From the NCBI RefSeq assembly GCF_009834535.1, contig NC_045697.1, positions 82,896,001 to 82,960,000 on the forward strand: a stretch of DNA of 64,000 bases, written 5' to 3'. The notes under the pieces were generated by a model that was not told the DNA's origin, did no database searches, and saw only the letters and a program-made list of their open reading frames with translations. The stretch comes from Camelus ferus (Eukaryota). The position numbers and the translations under genes were made by a program. Shown here piece after piece: positions 52,588 to 64,000 of this stretch (positions within the stretch are counted from its first letter, which is position 1; each line of letters starts with the position of its first letter).

Positions 52588-54295
52588 TTTGTGATTTTTT
52601 AAAATTAGATTCCTGTGTTAATTAAAATTCTTACAGTATAATTTCCAAACACTTAGGGATTTTCTATACACCTTTTAAATACAGATGAATGAAACACTGC
52701 TGTGGGCAGAGAACATATTCTGTATGATTTCAGTCCTATATTTCAGTACGGTTTGAAATTTATTGAGATTTATTTTATGGCTCAGTATATGGTTTCTTTT
52801 GATGAAAGTTCTTTGTGTACTTAAACTAAATGTGTTTTCTGTCACCATTAGGTATAGTGTCCCATAGATATCAATTAAATCAAGTCGGTTAATAGTATTT
52901 TTTAAAATATTCTATATCCTTAAGATTATTTACTTGTTCTACCAGTTATTAAAAGAGAAGTGTTAAAATAACTATGGTTATGAGTTTATGCTCCCTTGAT
53001 TCTAATTTTTAAATTATTTTGAAACTTAATTGCATACAAATATTTAGTCTCTCATAACTTAAGTAGTTGATCAGTTTTTTCATTCTGAAATGTGTTTTAT
53101 CTCTAGTATTTCTCAAGGTCTTGAAGTATACTTTGAGATATTATGAAATGCAAAAGCTTCCTTATAGTGTTTGCATGAATTTTTTGTTTTCAATCTTGAA
53201 TGCCCAGTATATCTTTTATTCATTTCCATCTCTAACTCATAGTATAATTTTACAATATGGAAATAAATTCCATTAATAAATAAAATTTCGAGAAGATCAC
53301 TATTTCTCTACAATATGGAATTTTAACCCTAGAATCTTGATTGTAACAGCATGAAGATATTTCACAGAGAATCTAAAAATACTAAAACAACTGGTATATA
53401 TTTTATGGAATTACCTCATAAGCTTTTATTAAAGAGGTTTTAAAATACTGATCAGGTAATGATCAGGCAATTTTTTCTTAAAATTAATGTAAGGGCATTA
53501 TTACTCTTGAGTGCTCTTGTGGGAACATAAGTGTGACTCTATCATCAATTTGAGAATTGTTGGAAATTCACATACTTTTTTATATTAAATAAAGGGGAGA
53601 ATGCAGCATTATCCCTTACAAATACAGTCTGTTTTTCAGCAATGCAGAGCTCCATAAACAAAAAGATAAATAATAAACGCAACTTACAGCACATGAATGA
53701 TATCCTAATTCAGAAATAGCATGCAAACATATTTATTCTCTCAGCACGCTGACGCTAATTTTTAACGACAAAGAATTAGCAGCTGAAAGCAGGTTTCCCT
53801 CAGACAGCTGAAGGCAGTCAGTCCAGCTGGAACAGTATTGTGAGGCATGGTGACATCCCCAAAGATCTCCCTGGGTCAGTTTGACTTTCTCCTCTGCCCT
53901 GGAAGTGTTTACTTCACAGCTCTTTCTGTGTGTGAAAGAAACCACTGCTGCTCCACCTGCCTTTTCTGGAGGCGGTTTTCTGCTCTTCTTTTCCCCGCTG
54001 AGCTCCAGTCCCGCTTCACATCTTTATCTATCAAACTCTCTTCACACTTTATTTTATAAAGTAAATTCTATATCTACTAGGATACCCTTTATTTACTAGA
54101 AACTTTACTGCATTATTATTTTGATTGTGATTTAGTTAATGCTCCAGTGACATAAAGTTTTGTAGGTTTCAGTGACCCTCTGATCTATTTCCAAAGAAAG
54201 AATTTTCCATGAGTACCCAAATAATATTTTTAGTGCAGAAACTCCTGTACTCCTAGGAGTACAATGGATCTGATTTTAAAATTTAGGTCATTTGA

Positions 54296-54474
54296 TAAAA
54301 TAGAAAAACAACAAAGTCGTACTGTTCAGCACAGGAAACAATAGTCAGTATCTTGTAAAAACATAGAGAACATGAAAAAGAATATATATGTATAACTGAT
54401 ATAATGTATATGTATAATATGTTGTACACCAGACACTAACACAAAATTGTATGTCAACTATACTTCAAAAAAAA
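54296..54474 (+). mobile_element. Short L1 3'-end insertion
   Basis: tactgttcagcacagg...tgtacaccagacactaacac...tcaactatacttcaaaaaaaa; degenerate TSD aaaat...catttga. Confidence 0.85.
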
Positions 54475-57397
54475 TCAGTACCATTTGACCATCTGACATA
54501 ATCACAAACAATGCCATTAACTTTGAAAATATTTTTAACTCATTTTTTGGAGATGTATTTTATACATTGATCTCTAATCTGATTTTTCATCAATAAAAAA
54601 TAAACTGAAAATATACACTGAATTTACATAAACTCACCTAATTGACAACCAAATAAACTGACCTGCAGCTTTTTAACAAGTAACCACACCACTAAGACAA
54701 AAAGGAATTTAGGAACCATAAGATTAAAAGCTCTGGAAATTTGCTTGTGTTTGTTATTTTTTATTATGATGGTTGTAAATAGTTGACCCATCATCTTGTA
54801 ATCATCAAGGAATTCTATTATAAATTGTGCATTTTAAGATATTAAGAATATCAAACCACACTAGAGAAATCTGTGAAAGATAGTTGAAGAGACAATATAT
54901 AACACTGTCACCAAGTCAAAGTCTTTAAATGCCTTAAAATTCTTAGTCCTTTAAAAACGAAACCAAATGGTGATGAAGCAAGTTAATACTGAATTCATAA
55001 GTAATGAAAGCAAAGAGAAAGGATAACGTAACTGCTTTTCTCGAAGCTTTAAAAATGAATGAAGCAAAACAGCAGAAAAAATACTGCATCATAGAAAATG
55101 ATTTGCTGTTTCAAGATTCATTTCAGGTTCATAATAGATTTTGTTTCCCGGCTTTTGCAGTAATACATTTATTTCATGCCCAATTTAGAGCAAAGTCAAC
55201 CACAGAATCCCTTATAAATGTCAGATGAAGTTACTTTTTACCTTTTGAGCTACACTAGTCTGCAACCTAGAGGATTCTAGTGCAACGTGGAGAGAAAATG
55301 TGAGCAGGGTTCTAGTGCCTTACTGAAGGAAATACTATTATTTCACTGACATACAGCTGCAATCTATTCAGCCATTACAAATCCATTTCAGTTGACTCAG
55401 TTCTAAGTATTTAGGTTGGACACTCTTTTTTGTGTTGATCACTAAGTTCTCTCACATGGAGAGAGCTATAGTACACCTCCAATAAGCTGGCAAAACCTAG
55501 CAGGCCTTCCCTCTCTGTTTGGAGTGCTCCATAATGCACAAGCTTTTGAAGTAGAAAAACAAATCTATCAATTAAGCAACCAGTTAATCAAATATGAAAC
55601 ATGTGTGTGGTTTTTTAAATAACCATTGCTGAAGGAAGAATTTTTCCCTGAGCCTCGAAATGGCCAATGGTAATAACGCAGAAGTGATACTTGTTTAACG
55701 AGACGGTCTTGGTGAGATTAGGTATGAAACGCACAAATCTATTTAATGGCTGAGAAGCAGTCTCTTTGCCTTCATCAGCTAGGCTAAGAAGTCTTTCTAT
55801 TTCTAGGTATGTTTACTAATACCGGCTTTTTTTTTTTTCCCCTCAGCTACATTGAACTTGGTTTACTTTTCATCAGATTAATTTAGCATGGTTTTGTGAG
55901 GCTATGGGTCTCAACAATAGAAATAGATCTTAGAAGTGGGGAAAAAAAATCAAATAGAATGAAATTATTGTGACCCTAATTTTGTTTAGAATGTGCATTT
56001 TTAAAGAGTTTTAGCTGAAAGTCTATAATATTTATTGAACATTTATATTCAATAGTCAGTTATTAATATGTTTATATATTTCAATGTTATTGGATACAAT
56101 TTATAAATTTTCAAAATAAAATTGATTTTGTACATACACAAAACATGGCCCACGTTTATATACTGCAGTTATATAGCTGTGTATTATCTACAGTCAATGG
56201 TAGGCTGGATTTGCTCTTGAAGATCAAGGGCAGATTTCTCTTAGGTAAATGTGACACGTTGAGGGGTTGAGCAGGTACTATAACTACACTGAGCCTCACT
56301 GGATATCTCTCAAAGATTATCTTTATATTAAAAAAAGAGCACTTAGACCCATGTAACTCTCCGATCTTTTTTTATCCTCACAGGAATGATCAAAGCAACA
56401 CATTCTCATATCATAAAAAGCAAATACTACATAATGAGAATCATTGTCCATCCTCACCACCCACCAACCTACACCCCAGTGGCGAGCACTGTTGGCAATT
56501 TTTTAGCTCTATAAAATTTACTGCCTTGTTTAAAATACAGTGCTTTTAAACTTGGATATATAGAATATGGCTACATTTTACTCTCCACCTTTCTTTAAAA
56601 CCTTCAAATAATTACACTAATAGTTTTGATTGCCTTATAGGTTTTCACTTCATCTTCAAATAGCATATAATTCAAACCCTATTTTATACGTACCACAGAT
56701 TGCATTTCTCCCATTTTGTAGTGACCCCACCCACTCTTCTCCTGACCCCCTCTTCACTTCCCAGACCCTCACAGCTGTCATTACAATTTTCTTTTGTCTA
56801 AGTTATAACCATTGTAAAACATTCCAAGATTGTCCTCTAAATTGATGGCAAAAAATGGAAAACTGGTGAACCGTTAGGAGATTTCTCTGGCAGACACACC
56901 TATGTGGTGTCCATGGAAAGGATGGCGCTCAGTAGCTAAGGGAGCTGAAGATGAACTTTTTCAGGCTATAGATACTCACACTCTTATTTTTCTTTTATGT
57001 ATTTGGTTCTTAGAAAACAAAGTCATTTTAAATTCTGAATATGCTGCTTTATTTTCTGCAGCATCTGTTACCTAATTTTCAGTGTACATACAATTTTAAA
57101 AATATGATAGTGGAATGTCTGTCTTGTATTTTCGTTGGGTACACTCTGTGCAGTGAACTGAATAATTTTTTCAGTAACATCCTTATTACAGGAAGTTTTT
57201 TAATCTAGGTTTTTTTCTCAGCACACTTTATAGAAACTTATTAACATAATAAAATACATGTCACTAAATGTATTTGTATGGAAACAGCCAGATGCAGTCC
57301 AGGTATACAGTTCTCTACAGTCTTCCTTATGTTAACAGATACATAGTAGATTATTTAAAGAAACAAGCAGCAAAATTTTTAGACAATAGCTCTCAAA

Positions 57398-57725
57398 AAT
57401 AATCTAAAAAAGGATACAAATTCTATTTATAAACTGAAAACAGACTCATGGACATAGAAAGCAATTATGGTTACCAAAGGGGAAAGGGTGGGGAGGGATA
57501 AATTAGGGGTTGGGGATTAACAAGACATGTTACTATATGTAAAACAGACAAACAAGAACCTACTATATAGCACAGGGAACTATATTGCAATTTCTTGTAA
57601 TAAAATAAAGTGGAAAATAATCTGATAAAAACATAAATGTATACATATGCATTACTGAATCACTTTGCTATACATCTGAAACTAACATTATAAATCAACT
57701 ACACTTCAATAATTTTTTTTAAAAT
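57398..57725 (+). mobile_element. Short L1 3'UTR insertion
   Basis: acagactcatggacataga...ttatggttaccaaaggggaaaggg...tatagcacagggaactatatt...aatcaactacacttcaataa. Confidence 0.92.
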
Positions 57726-58519
57726 AAGTTTCCAACAAGTTCAGGGTTTAAGTAATGTTAAGAATGTATTCTCTGAAAAAGATCTGGAATATGGCTTTTC
57801 TGTTGCCCAATAATGTGAGAACTTCAAATTTTAGTCAACCTTGGATTTGGGTTAATGCTCCACCAAAATAATCAGGTGGACAGACAACTTCTGAAAAACA
57901 AATTACCTTACCCACCTCTACTGGGAGCCCAATAAAATGCATTTTTTTATTTCTCAATTTACCACATTGTTCTCAGAAAAAGGTCTGTATAATTAAAGCT
58001 TTTGAAAGCCTTGGTGTCTTCTTGGCCTAGAACTATTTCTGTATTTGTACAAGGAAAAAAGAAAGGTAAATTCTCAGTTTATATGGTACAAGATCAATAT
58101 ATTTTAAAACATGAATTCTCTTACCTTTGATCTGAATGTCTGCCATGAAACCTTCCCTGCTTTCAGGCTTTGCTGTGATAGAAAGCAATGCTTGGTACAC
58201 AATTCACTTGAATAGATCTGACCTAAGGGTCACCATGGACTGCCGGATACTTTTGTAGCTTAGCAAGGGGAAAAGGAGCTAGGCCTAGCAGTCTCGAAAC
58301 AAAGAAATGCGGGAAGAAGGTGCCAATTAGCAGTGAGAACTGAAGTGTATATAGGTTCGAGGAAAAGAGGCCAAAAAAGTCATACTAACTACATACAAAT
58401 AAAAATTTGGCTGAACAGAAGCTTTGGGCACACTGAAATTAGTCAATTTACAGTGAGGAAAGAATGAAATAGGTATGCAGATAAAGGAGAAATGTCATAT
58501 GGACAAACAAGGGCCCTCA

Positions 58520-58682
58520 TCCTGCGAGCCTGAATATAAGCAGCAGTCAACGCTGAACCTCTAATGAGGGCTGCATCCCACACCTCGAACAAGCCGCGAA
58601 CCCGGACCACTGTCCTTCCAAGTGGACTGGAATCTCCATCACTACCAAAGGCGCAGCCCATCAAGGTCATGGCTGGTGAGTC
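58520..58682 (+). promoter_or_regulatory. Candidate promoter/first exon
   Basis: TATAAG 58535-58540; 7 CpG in ~135 bp; GTCATGG Kozak ATG at 58669; donor CTG|GTGAGT with GT at 58676. Confidence 0.3.
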
Positions 58683-58846
58683 CTTTAAACATCCTCTTGG
58701 GCTCTAATCCATTTAGGGTACTGCCTTGACAAATACTGTTTTAAAAAAAAAAAAAAAGTTCTGGCCAGTTAAACTATCAGACTTTATTTTCCTGGTATCT
58801 GTATTGATTATCTGTGATGGGGTCGTCTCTGGTTATATGTCCCCTT

Positions 58847-59256
58847 GGTTAACCAAAATTTCAGAAACAAAGAAGTATTTATTTGGTGTTTATTAGGACT
58901 GGAGCCCGGAGACACAGATTCAAGGAGCGCGTGAATTGTGTTCCCCTGCACTACAAAATGGAGAAAGCTTATAAAGGCAAAAACTTCAAGGCCATGGTTA
59001 GTTACATAAGTTGTTTGTCAAGAATTACAATTGGAGCTAGCAAGAAGTCAGGGTTCTGTTAAGTTAGGATTGGTTGTCATCCAAAATGATAGTTACAAGG
59101 AGGACCTTGAGACCGTAAAGTTGCAGCTGGTGGATGTTATTCCAAATATGTCTGGTGGTATCCTTGGGTTTGATACAGTTCGGAGAGAATTTAGGTTGTC
59201 AGTGGTGCAGGGACATGTCTGAGACCTGATCCTCAATCCTGTCCCTTAAAAGATCA
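58847..59256 (-). mobile_element. ERV-type solo LTR (family uncertain)
   Basis: Minus strand TG...CA ends, TATAAG (~58970) upstream of AATAAA (~58890); LTR-like layout. Confidence 0.55.
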
Positions 59257-59289
59257 GCAAGTATCATTGGGAACAGACATTTAGGGAGA

Positions 59290-61170
59290 AGCAGTGGCTG
59301 TAACTTTATCAAGTAACTGAGGCTGGGTGTTGATGGTTCTCTAACTCCATTTCTATCTGCCTGAACTCTGATCGCTCCATTAGAATCTCAATTTGTCATC
59401 ACCTTCCACATTTCCATCCTCATTTCAGCCTATAATTCCTTTTGTGTCACCCAAATCCTCTCTCATACACACCCAAATAATTTCACTGCATGCTCTGAAA
59501 CCTTGGAAACTCACTCCTAACTGTTCTCAGCTCCCTGCTGTGACTGAGATCTCCTATGCTCTTTCCACTGCTGCCCTCTCCGGAGGGTGGGGCTGAGCCC
59601 TGCTAGCTGTCATGTTGCTCTAGACCTCTCCTCTCCACCCTCTGTAAAATAGCTGGGCCCCGTTGAAAGGAAGGTCATCTCTTCTGTTTTCAAGCAAACT
59701 TACTCAAGTTGTGTTGATTTTGGAACTTCGCTTATGTTTTCCTCTCTTGCATATTTGCCATCAGCCTTGCTGATTTCAAATCTGCTTGGAATATTGAACA
59801 TCACCCAGCCTCAGTTACTTGATAAAGTTACATCCACTGTTTCTCCCTGAATGTCTGTTCCCAGTGATATTTTCTGCTCTTTTATTTTTTTTTTTAAATA
59901 TAGTCAGTTTACAATGTTGTGTCAATCTGGCGTACAGCATACTAATTCAGTCATACGTATACATACATATATTCATTTTCATATTCTTTTTCATTATAGG
60001 TTACTATAAGATATTGAATATCGTTCCCTATGCTACACAGTATAAACTTGTTCATCTATTTTTTATATAGTAGTATCTGCAAATCTCGAACTCCCATTTT
60101 ATCCCTTACCACCCACTTTCCCCCTTATATGGAATCTGGGGGGTAAAAAAAAAAGGACAAATGAACTTATTTACAAAACAGAAACAGACTCACAGACATA
60201 GAAAACAAACTTATGTCTACTTTCTGTTCTTTTTAATAATAACATCCTAGGTTTTTGAAATGTTAAGTTCAAACATCTCATAGTTCCATACTTTATCTCA
60301 TTCAGTTCCCCCTACTACATCTCTTCCTTAACTTTGAGAACTCCAATCTGTGACGCCTGTACGTTTTTTGTTTCTTTTGTTTCTGTTTGTTGCTGCTGTC
60401 CATACAATTCTGGGTTATGTATGTCTTAGCTTTCCAGTCTAGGTAAAGTGGTGTATCATTTGAAGCACACTCTTAACAAGAACCTCACTCTCACTTAGTG
60501 TTGCCCTTCCTTTGAACCCACCTGGCAAATCTCTAGTCATGGGAAACTCTAAACGTATGTTGTTTGGCAATCTAAAGTCATAAAACTTTAAAGGTTTTTG
60601 CCAGTATGAATTCAGAGGATTCATCCTCAGTTGTGCCTTCAATCTTGCAGGATAATCATCTATTTCACTCACAGTCTTCACAATAGCTATTTAAATAGTT
60701 TCCCAATTTCTCTAGGCATTGAACCCTATAAATTCTCCTCTAGCAGCAGGAAAACTCAGTCTCTTGACAGAGAAAATAGTATCCAACTCCCTGCCATTAA
60801 GCCTACAAATATATTTGTATTCCCACTCACTAATTTTCTGATTCTTTTTTCAGTAACTGAAAAAAATCTATGTCCTGGAGCTCTTCCTCTTGTTTATCAC
60901 CTCCTAACTCTATAATGGAAGTGAAAATTTTAATATCTTATGGGTTAAACTAGCACCACTAACTTCTTCCACCTTATAAGCAATCCGTGTACTTAGGATA
61001 TTCTCATCCCTACGTTGACCCTCACAATCATAGCCTCAGTTTTCTGTTACAGCGAAACTTATTCCACAATTGATCAACTTTGGTTTCTTTACGACTCTCT
61101 TACCCCTCAATGCACAGTGATCTCCACCTCCAGCAACCCAGTAGAATGGCTATGCAGTGATTAGCACTGG
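59290..61170 (+). mobile_element. LINE-2 body remnant, interrupted by an L1 stub
   Basis: Pyrimidine-rich L2-like text (ctccctgctgtgactgagatc; ctgccctctccggagggtgg; tgattagcactgggctactgattg). Confidence 0.55.
59884..60217 (-). mobile_element. L1 3'UTR stub with 5' inversion
   Basis: Antisense 59884-60125 joined to sense 60126-60215; TSD TA(T/C)TTTCTG(C/T)TCTTTT at 59868-59883 and 60218-60233; TTTT/AA site. Confidence 0.9.
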
Positions 61171-62865
61171 GCTACTGATTGATAATCTGAATTTTATTCA
61201 GTCAACAGACATATTATCAGAATAGCAGCAGAATAGTGATTTTACTATTTGACAATACTAGGCCTTAGAAAAAATAATTTCTTGCCAGAGTTGAAATAAT
61301 GTTCCTTTCTTTTATTTTTTTTTTTTTTGAATTTATAGATCCATAGACCATTTTATATCTGAAATAGCTAAAGGTATTTTAGGAATTCAAAGGAACTGAG
61401 AGTGAAACATTGACACTGTCATTATAGATAGAAATTTCTGAATTTCTTTTTAGGAAGATTATCTGAATTTCTTTTACAAATGTGATCATTTACAGATTTG
61501 TTTAATACAGATTGTGAACGATTGCCATTTTCCTAGCCCCATAAAGAACATTTTAGATAAGAGTTCAGAATCGAGTGATTCAAAAACCATTTTGACCAAA
61601 ACTTTTTTGTCATCTAGAAAAAAAATACATAATCTACATAATATCAAAGGTATTTTAAAATAAATTGCATACTTTTGTCTTTCTTTGCCAATCCACTTAA
61701 TTTTTCTTGCAAAATGACATTTTTTCTTTATGCGTCTTCCTTCACTGATACTTGGGCTCCCTGACATAATATGGTGTGCATCCAAAATAATGTTATTCAA
61801 AGTGTTGATACATCAAGTCAGTAAGTAGGTTGTTTAAATGACTTTACAGATTGATAAGCAACTGTGTGCAACAGGGAGAGTGACAGTGTCTCCATATAAA
61901 GGTAATGAACTAAATTGAAGGAAATTGAACAATTTCAGTTCTGTTAAGATCATCTTCTAATTTAGCAATAATGAGAAAACATTTACATCACATAAAAATT
62001 TTTAAATGAGAGTTTTGGTAAAACAGATAAAGTACTTCAGAAGTCTGCAAAATCAACACTCATGCTGACATTTATTTTACAGAATCGTTTTCATTTCAGG
62101 CATGATCATCAAATCACTTATTTGCATATTTCTCTCCACCATCTTTTTGTTACCACAGCATTTAATTTATATACATGGCATTGTGCAGACGCTCTGTGGA
62201 TAAGATTGAAACTTAGACTTTGTGTGAAATAATCTTCAAAGACAGATACTTAAAAAAAAAAAAAGCTACTTATGTGCTAAAAAACAGCACTCTGCCAGTT
62301 TGGTCTTTGTGGGGTCATGATTGTTACTTTTAACTAGTTCAAATGAGCAGAAAATAGTGGCTTTTTAGTAGAAATGGGATATAAAATTAATAATAACCTC
62401 ACCTGTAAGCCTAATGTCTCACTAACTTGAGTTATGGGGTGTTGACTATATTAACTAATTTAAATGTTCTTTGAGATAAAGTATATACATGTTCCTAGTT
62501 GAACCTGGAATGAGTCATGTATTTGCATAAGATCAGCATCTATCTATTCAGGAAATGTTATTCTGGACATTTATGATTAGCAAATTCCTTTTAAAGATTT
62601 TTGCAATTGCTCTAGGCAGCAAAAGCTAAAGAAACATACAATTAAATGTGTTGGTCAAATCAATAAGACATCTGGGTAACACTTGTAATTAGATTGCTTA
62701 AATAAATGTTTAATTTGTATGTACACAGTTGTTAGTTATTTGAAAGTCATTTAATCTAAGATAATTCATAGTTTTCTCTCTAGTTAACTGAGAAAGGTGG
62801 TGCTATAAAGTATAGTTTTGCATTAGTTTTATTTAGGCATAGATGCTATTGGAATTTTTGGTATA

Positions 62866-64000
62866 TTTTTAAAATTGAAGTATAGTCTGTTTATAATGTA
62901 AGTTTCTGGTGTACAGCATAATGCTTCACTCATATGTGAAAATACATATATTCATTTTCATATTCTTTTTCACCATAAGTTACTACAAGATATTGAATAT
63001 AGTTCCCTGTGCTATAAAGTGTAAACTTGTTTATTTTATATATACTAGTTAATATCTGCAAATCTTAAACACCCAATTTACCCCTTCCCACCCACTCCTG
63101 CTCCGGTAGCCATAAGCTTGCTTTCTATGTCTGTGAATCTGTTTCAGTTTTGTAAATTGCCTTTTTTTTTTTTTTTTTTATTTTTTAGATTCCAAGTATA
63201 AGTGATATATGGCATTTTTCTTTCTCCTTCTAACTTACATCACTTAGAGTGACATTCTCCAGATCCATCCAAGTTGCTGCAAATGGCATTATTTTATTAT
63301 CTTTTATGGCTGAGTAGTATTACATTGTATAAATATACCACAACTTCTTTATCCAGTCATCTGTCAATGGACATTTGGTGTGTCTCCATGTCTTGGCTAT
63401 TGTAAATAGGGCTGCTATGAACATTGGAGTGCATGTATCTTTTTGAATTAAGGTTCCTCTGGATACATGCCCAGGAGTGGGATTGTTGGATCATATGGTA
63501 AGTCTATTTTTAGTCTTTTGAGGGATTTCCTTACTATTTTCCGTAACGGCTACACCAAACTATATTCCCAGCAACAGTCCAACAGTGTAGAAGGGCTCCT
63601 TTTTCTCCACAGCCTTTCCAGCATTTATTGTTTCTGGACTTTTGAATAATGGCCATTCTGACTGGTGTGAGGTGATGTCTCATTGTAGTTTTGATTTGCA
63701 TTTCTCTGATAATTAGCAATATTGAGCATTTTTTTCATGTGCCAATCAGCCATTTGTACATCTGGAGAAATGCTTGTTTAGGTCTTCTGCTCATTTTTGG
63801 ATTGGGTTGTTTGGTTTTTGTTATTAAGTTGTATGAGCTGTTTATATATCCTGGAAATTAGGCCCTTATCTGTCTCCTCTTTTGCAAATACTTTCTCCTT
63901 CTCTGTAGGTTGTCTTTTTGTTTTGCTTATGGTTTCCTTTGCTGTACAAAAGCTTATAGGTTTAATTAGGTCCCATTTTTTTATTTTTGCTTTTACTTCT
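62866..64000 (-). mobile_element. LINE-1 (camelid type) 3'UTR plus ORF2 C-terminus, running off the window
   Basis: ttgaagtatagtc 3' end; peptide [31 protein letters not shown]. Confidence 0.96.

Larger units (their letters stand above)
51400..53280 (-). mobile_element. Old L1M ORF2-region remnant, interrupted by MLT1D and an LTR retrocopy
   Basis: cagagaacatattctgtatgatttcagtc; gaaatttattgagatttattttatggctcag; aagagaagtgttaaaat. Confidence 0.7.

Noticed and set aside
61426..61475. 14-bp direct repeat resembling a TSD around an 11-nt insert
   Set aside because: The spacer resembles the sequence preceding the first copy, so a diverged ~25-bp tandem duplication is simpler
62060..62205. Possible exon 2 for the 58669 ATG, giving a short hydrophobic peptide
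   Set aside because: An upstream AG at ~62081 would compete and gives an early stop; hydrophobicity follows from T-richness
11631..62528. About a dozen octamer ATGCAAAT sites
   Set aside because: Scattered, some inside L1; several are expected by chance in AT-rich DNA and they are not clustered
1..64000. L1 strand bias as evidence for a host gene's orientation
   Set aside because: Copies occur on both strands in comparable numbers; too few to infer an orientation

Overview
AT-rich, CpG-depleted mammalian genomic DNA, very probably camelid (alpaca/llama/camel): a tRNA-derived Vic-1-type SINE lies at 42970-43121 and there are several cetartiodactyl-type L1 3' ends. I find no recognisable host protein-coding gene, so the window looks like a gene desert or a very large intron. 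The only ORFs I can assign are decayed L1 ORF2 pieces. Much of the window is interspersed repeat (L1 of several ages, L2, MIR, MaLR/MLT1, ERV1 and MER21 LTRs, hAT MERs, microsatellites). The most notable observations are footprints of L1 machinery: a 30-nt tailless U6 retropseudogene with TSD, an ERV LTR RNA apparently retroposed by L1 (U3-R plus polyA plus TSD, no U5), three 5'-inverted L1 stubs with breakpoints very near the 3' end, and an orphan L1 5'UTR. There is also a candidate unannotated first exon (TATA-like box, CpG cluster, Kozak ATG, GT donor) at ~58.5-58.7 kb and a few enhancer-like unique segments. I see no convincing new biological system. Repeat subfamily names come from visual recall of consensus sequences and need RepeatMasker/Dfam confirmation; boundaries of old repeats are approximate.
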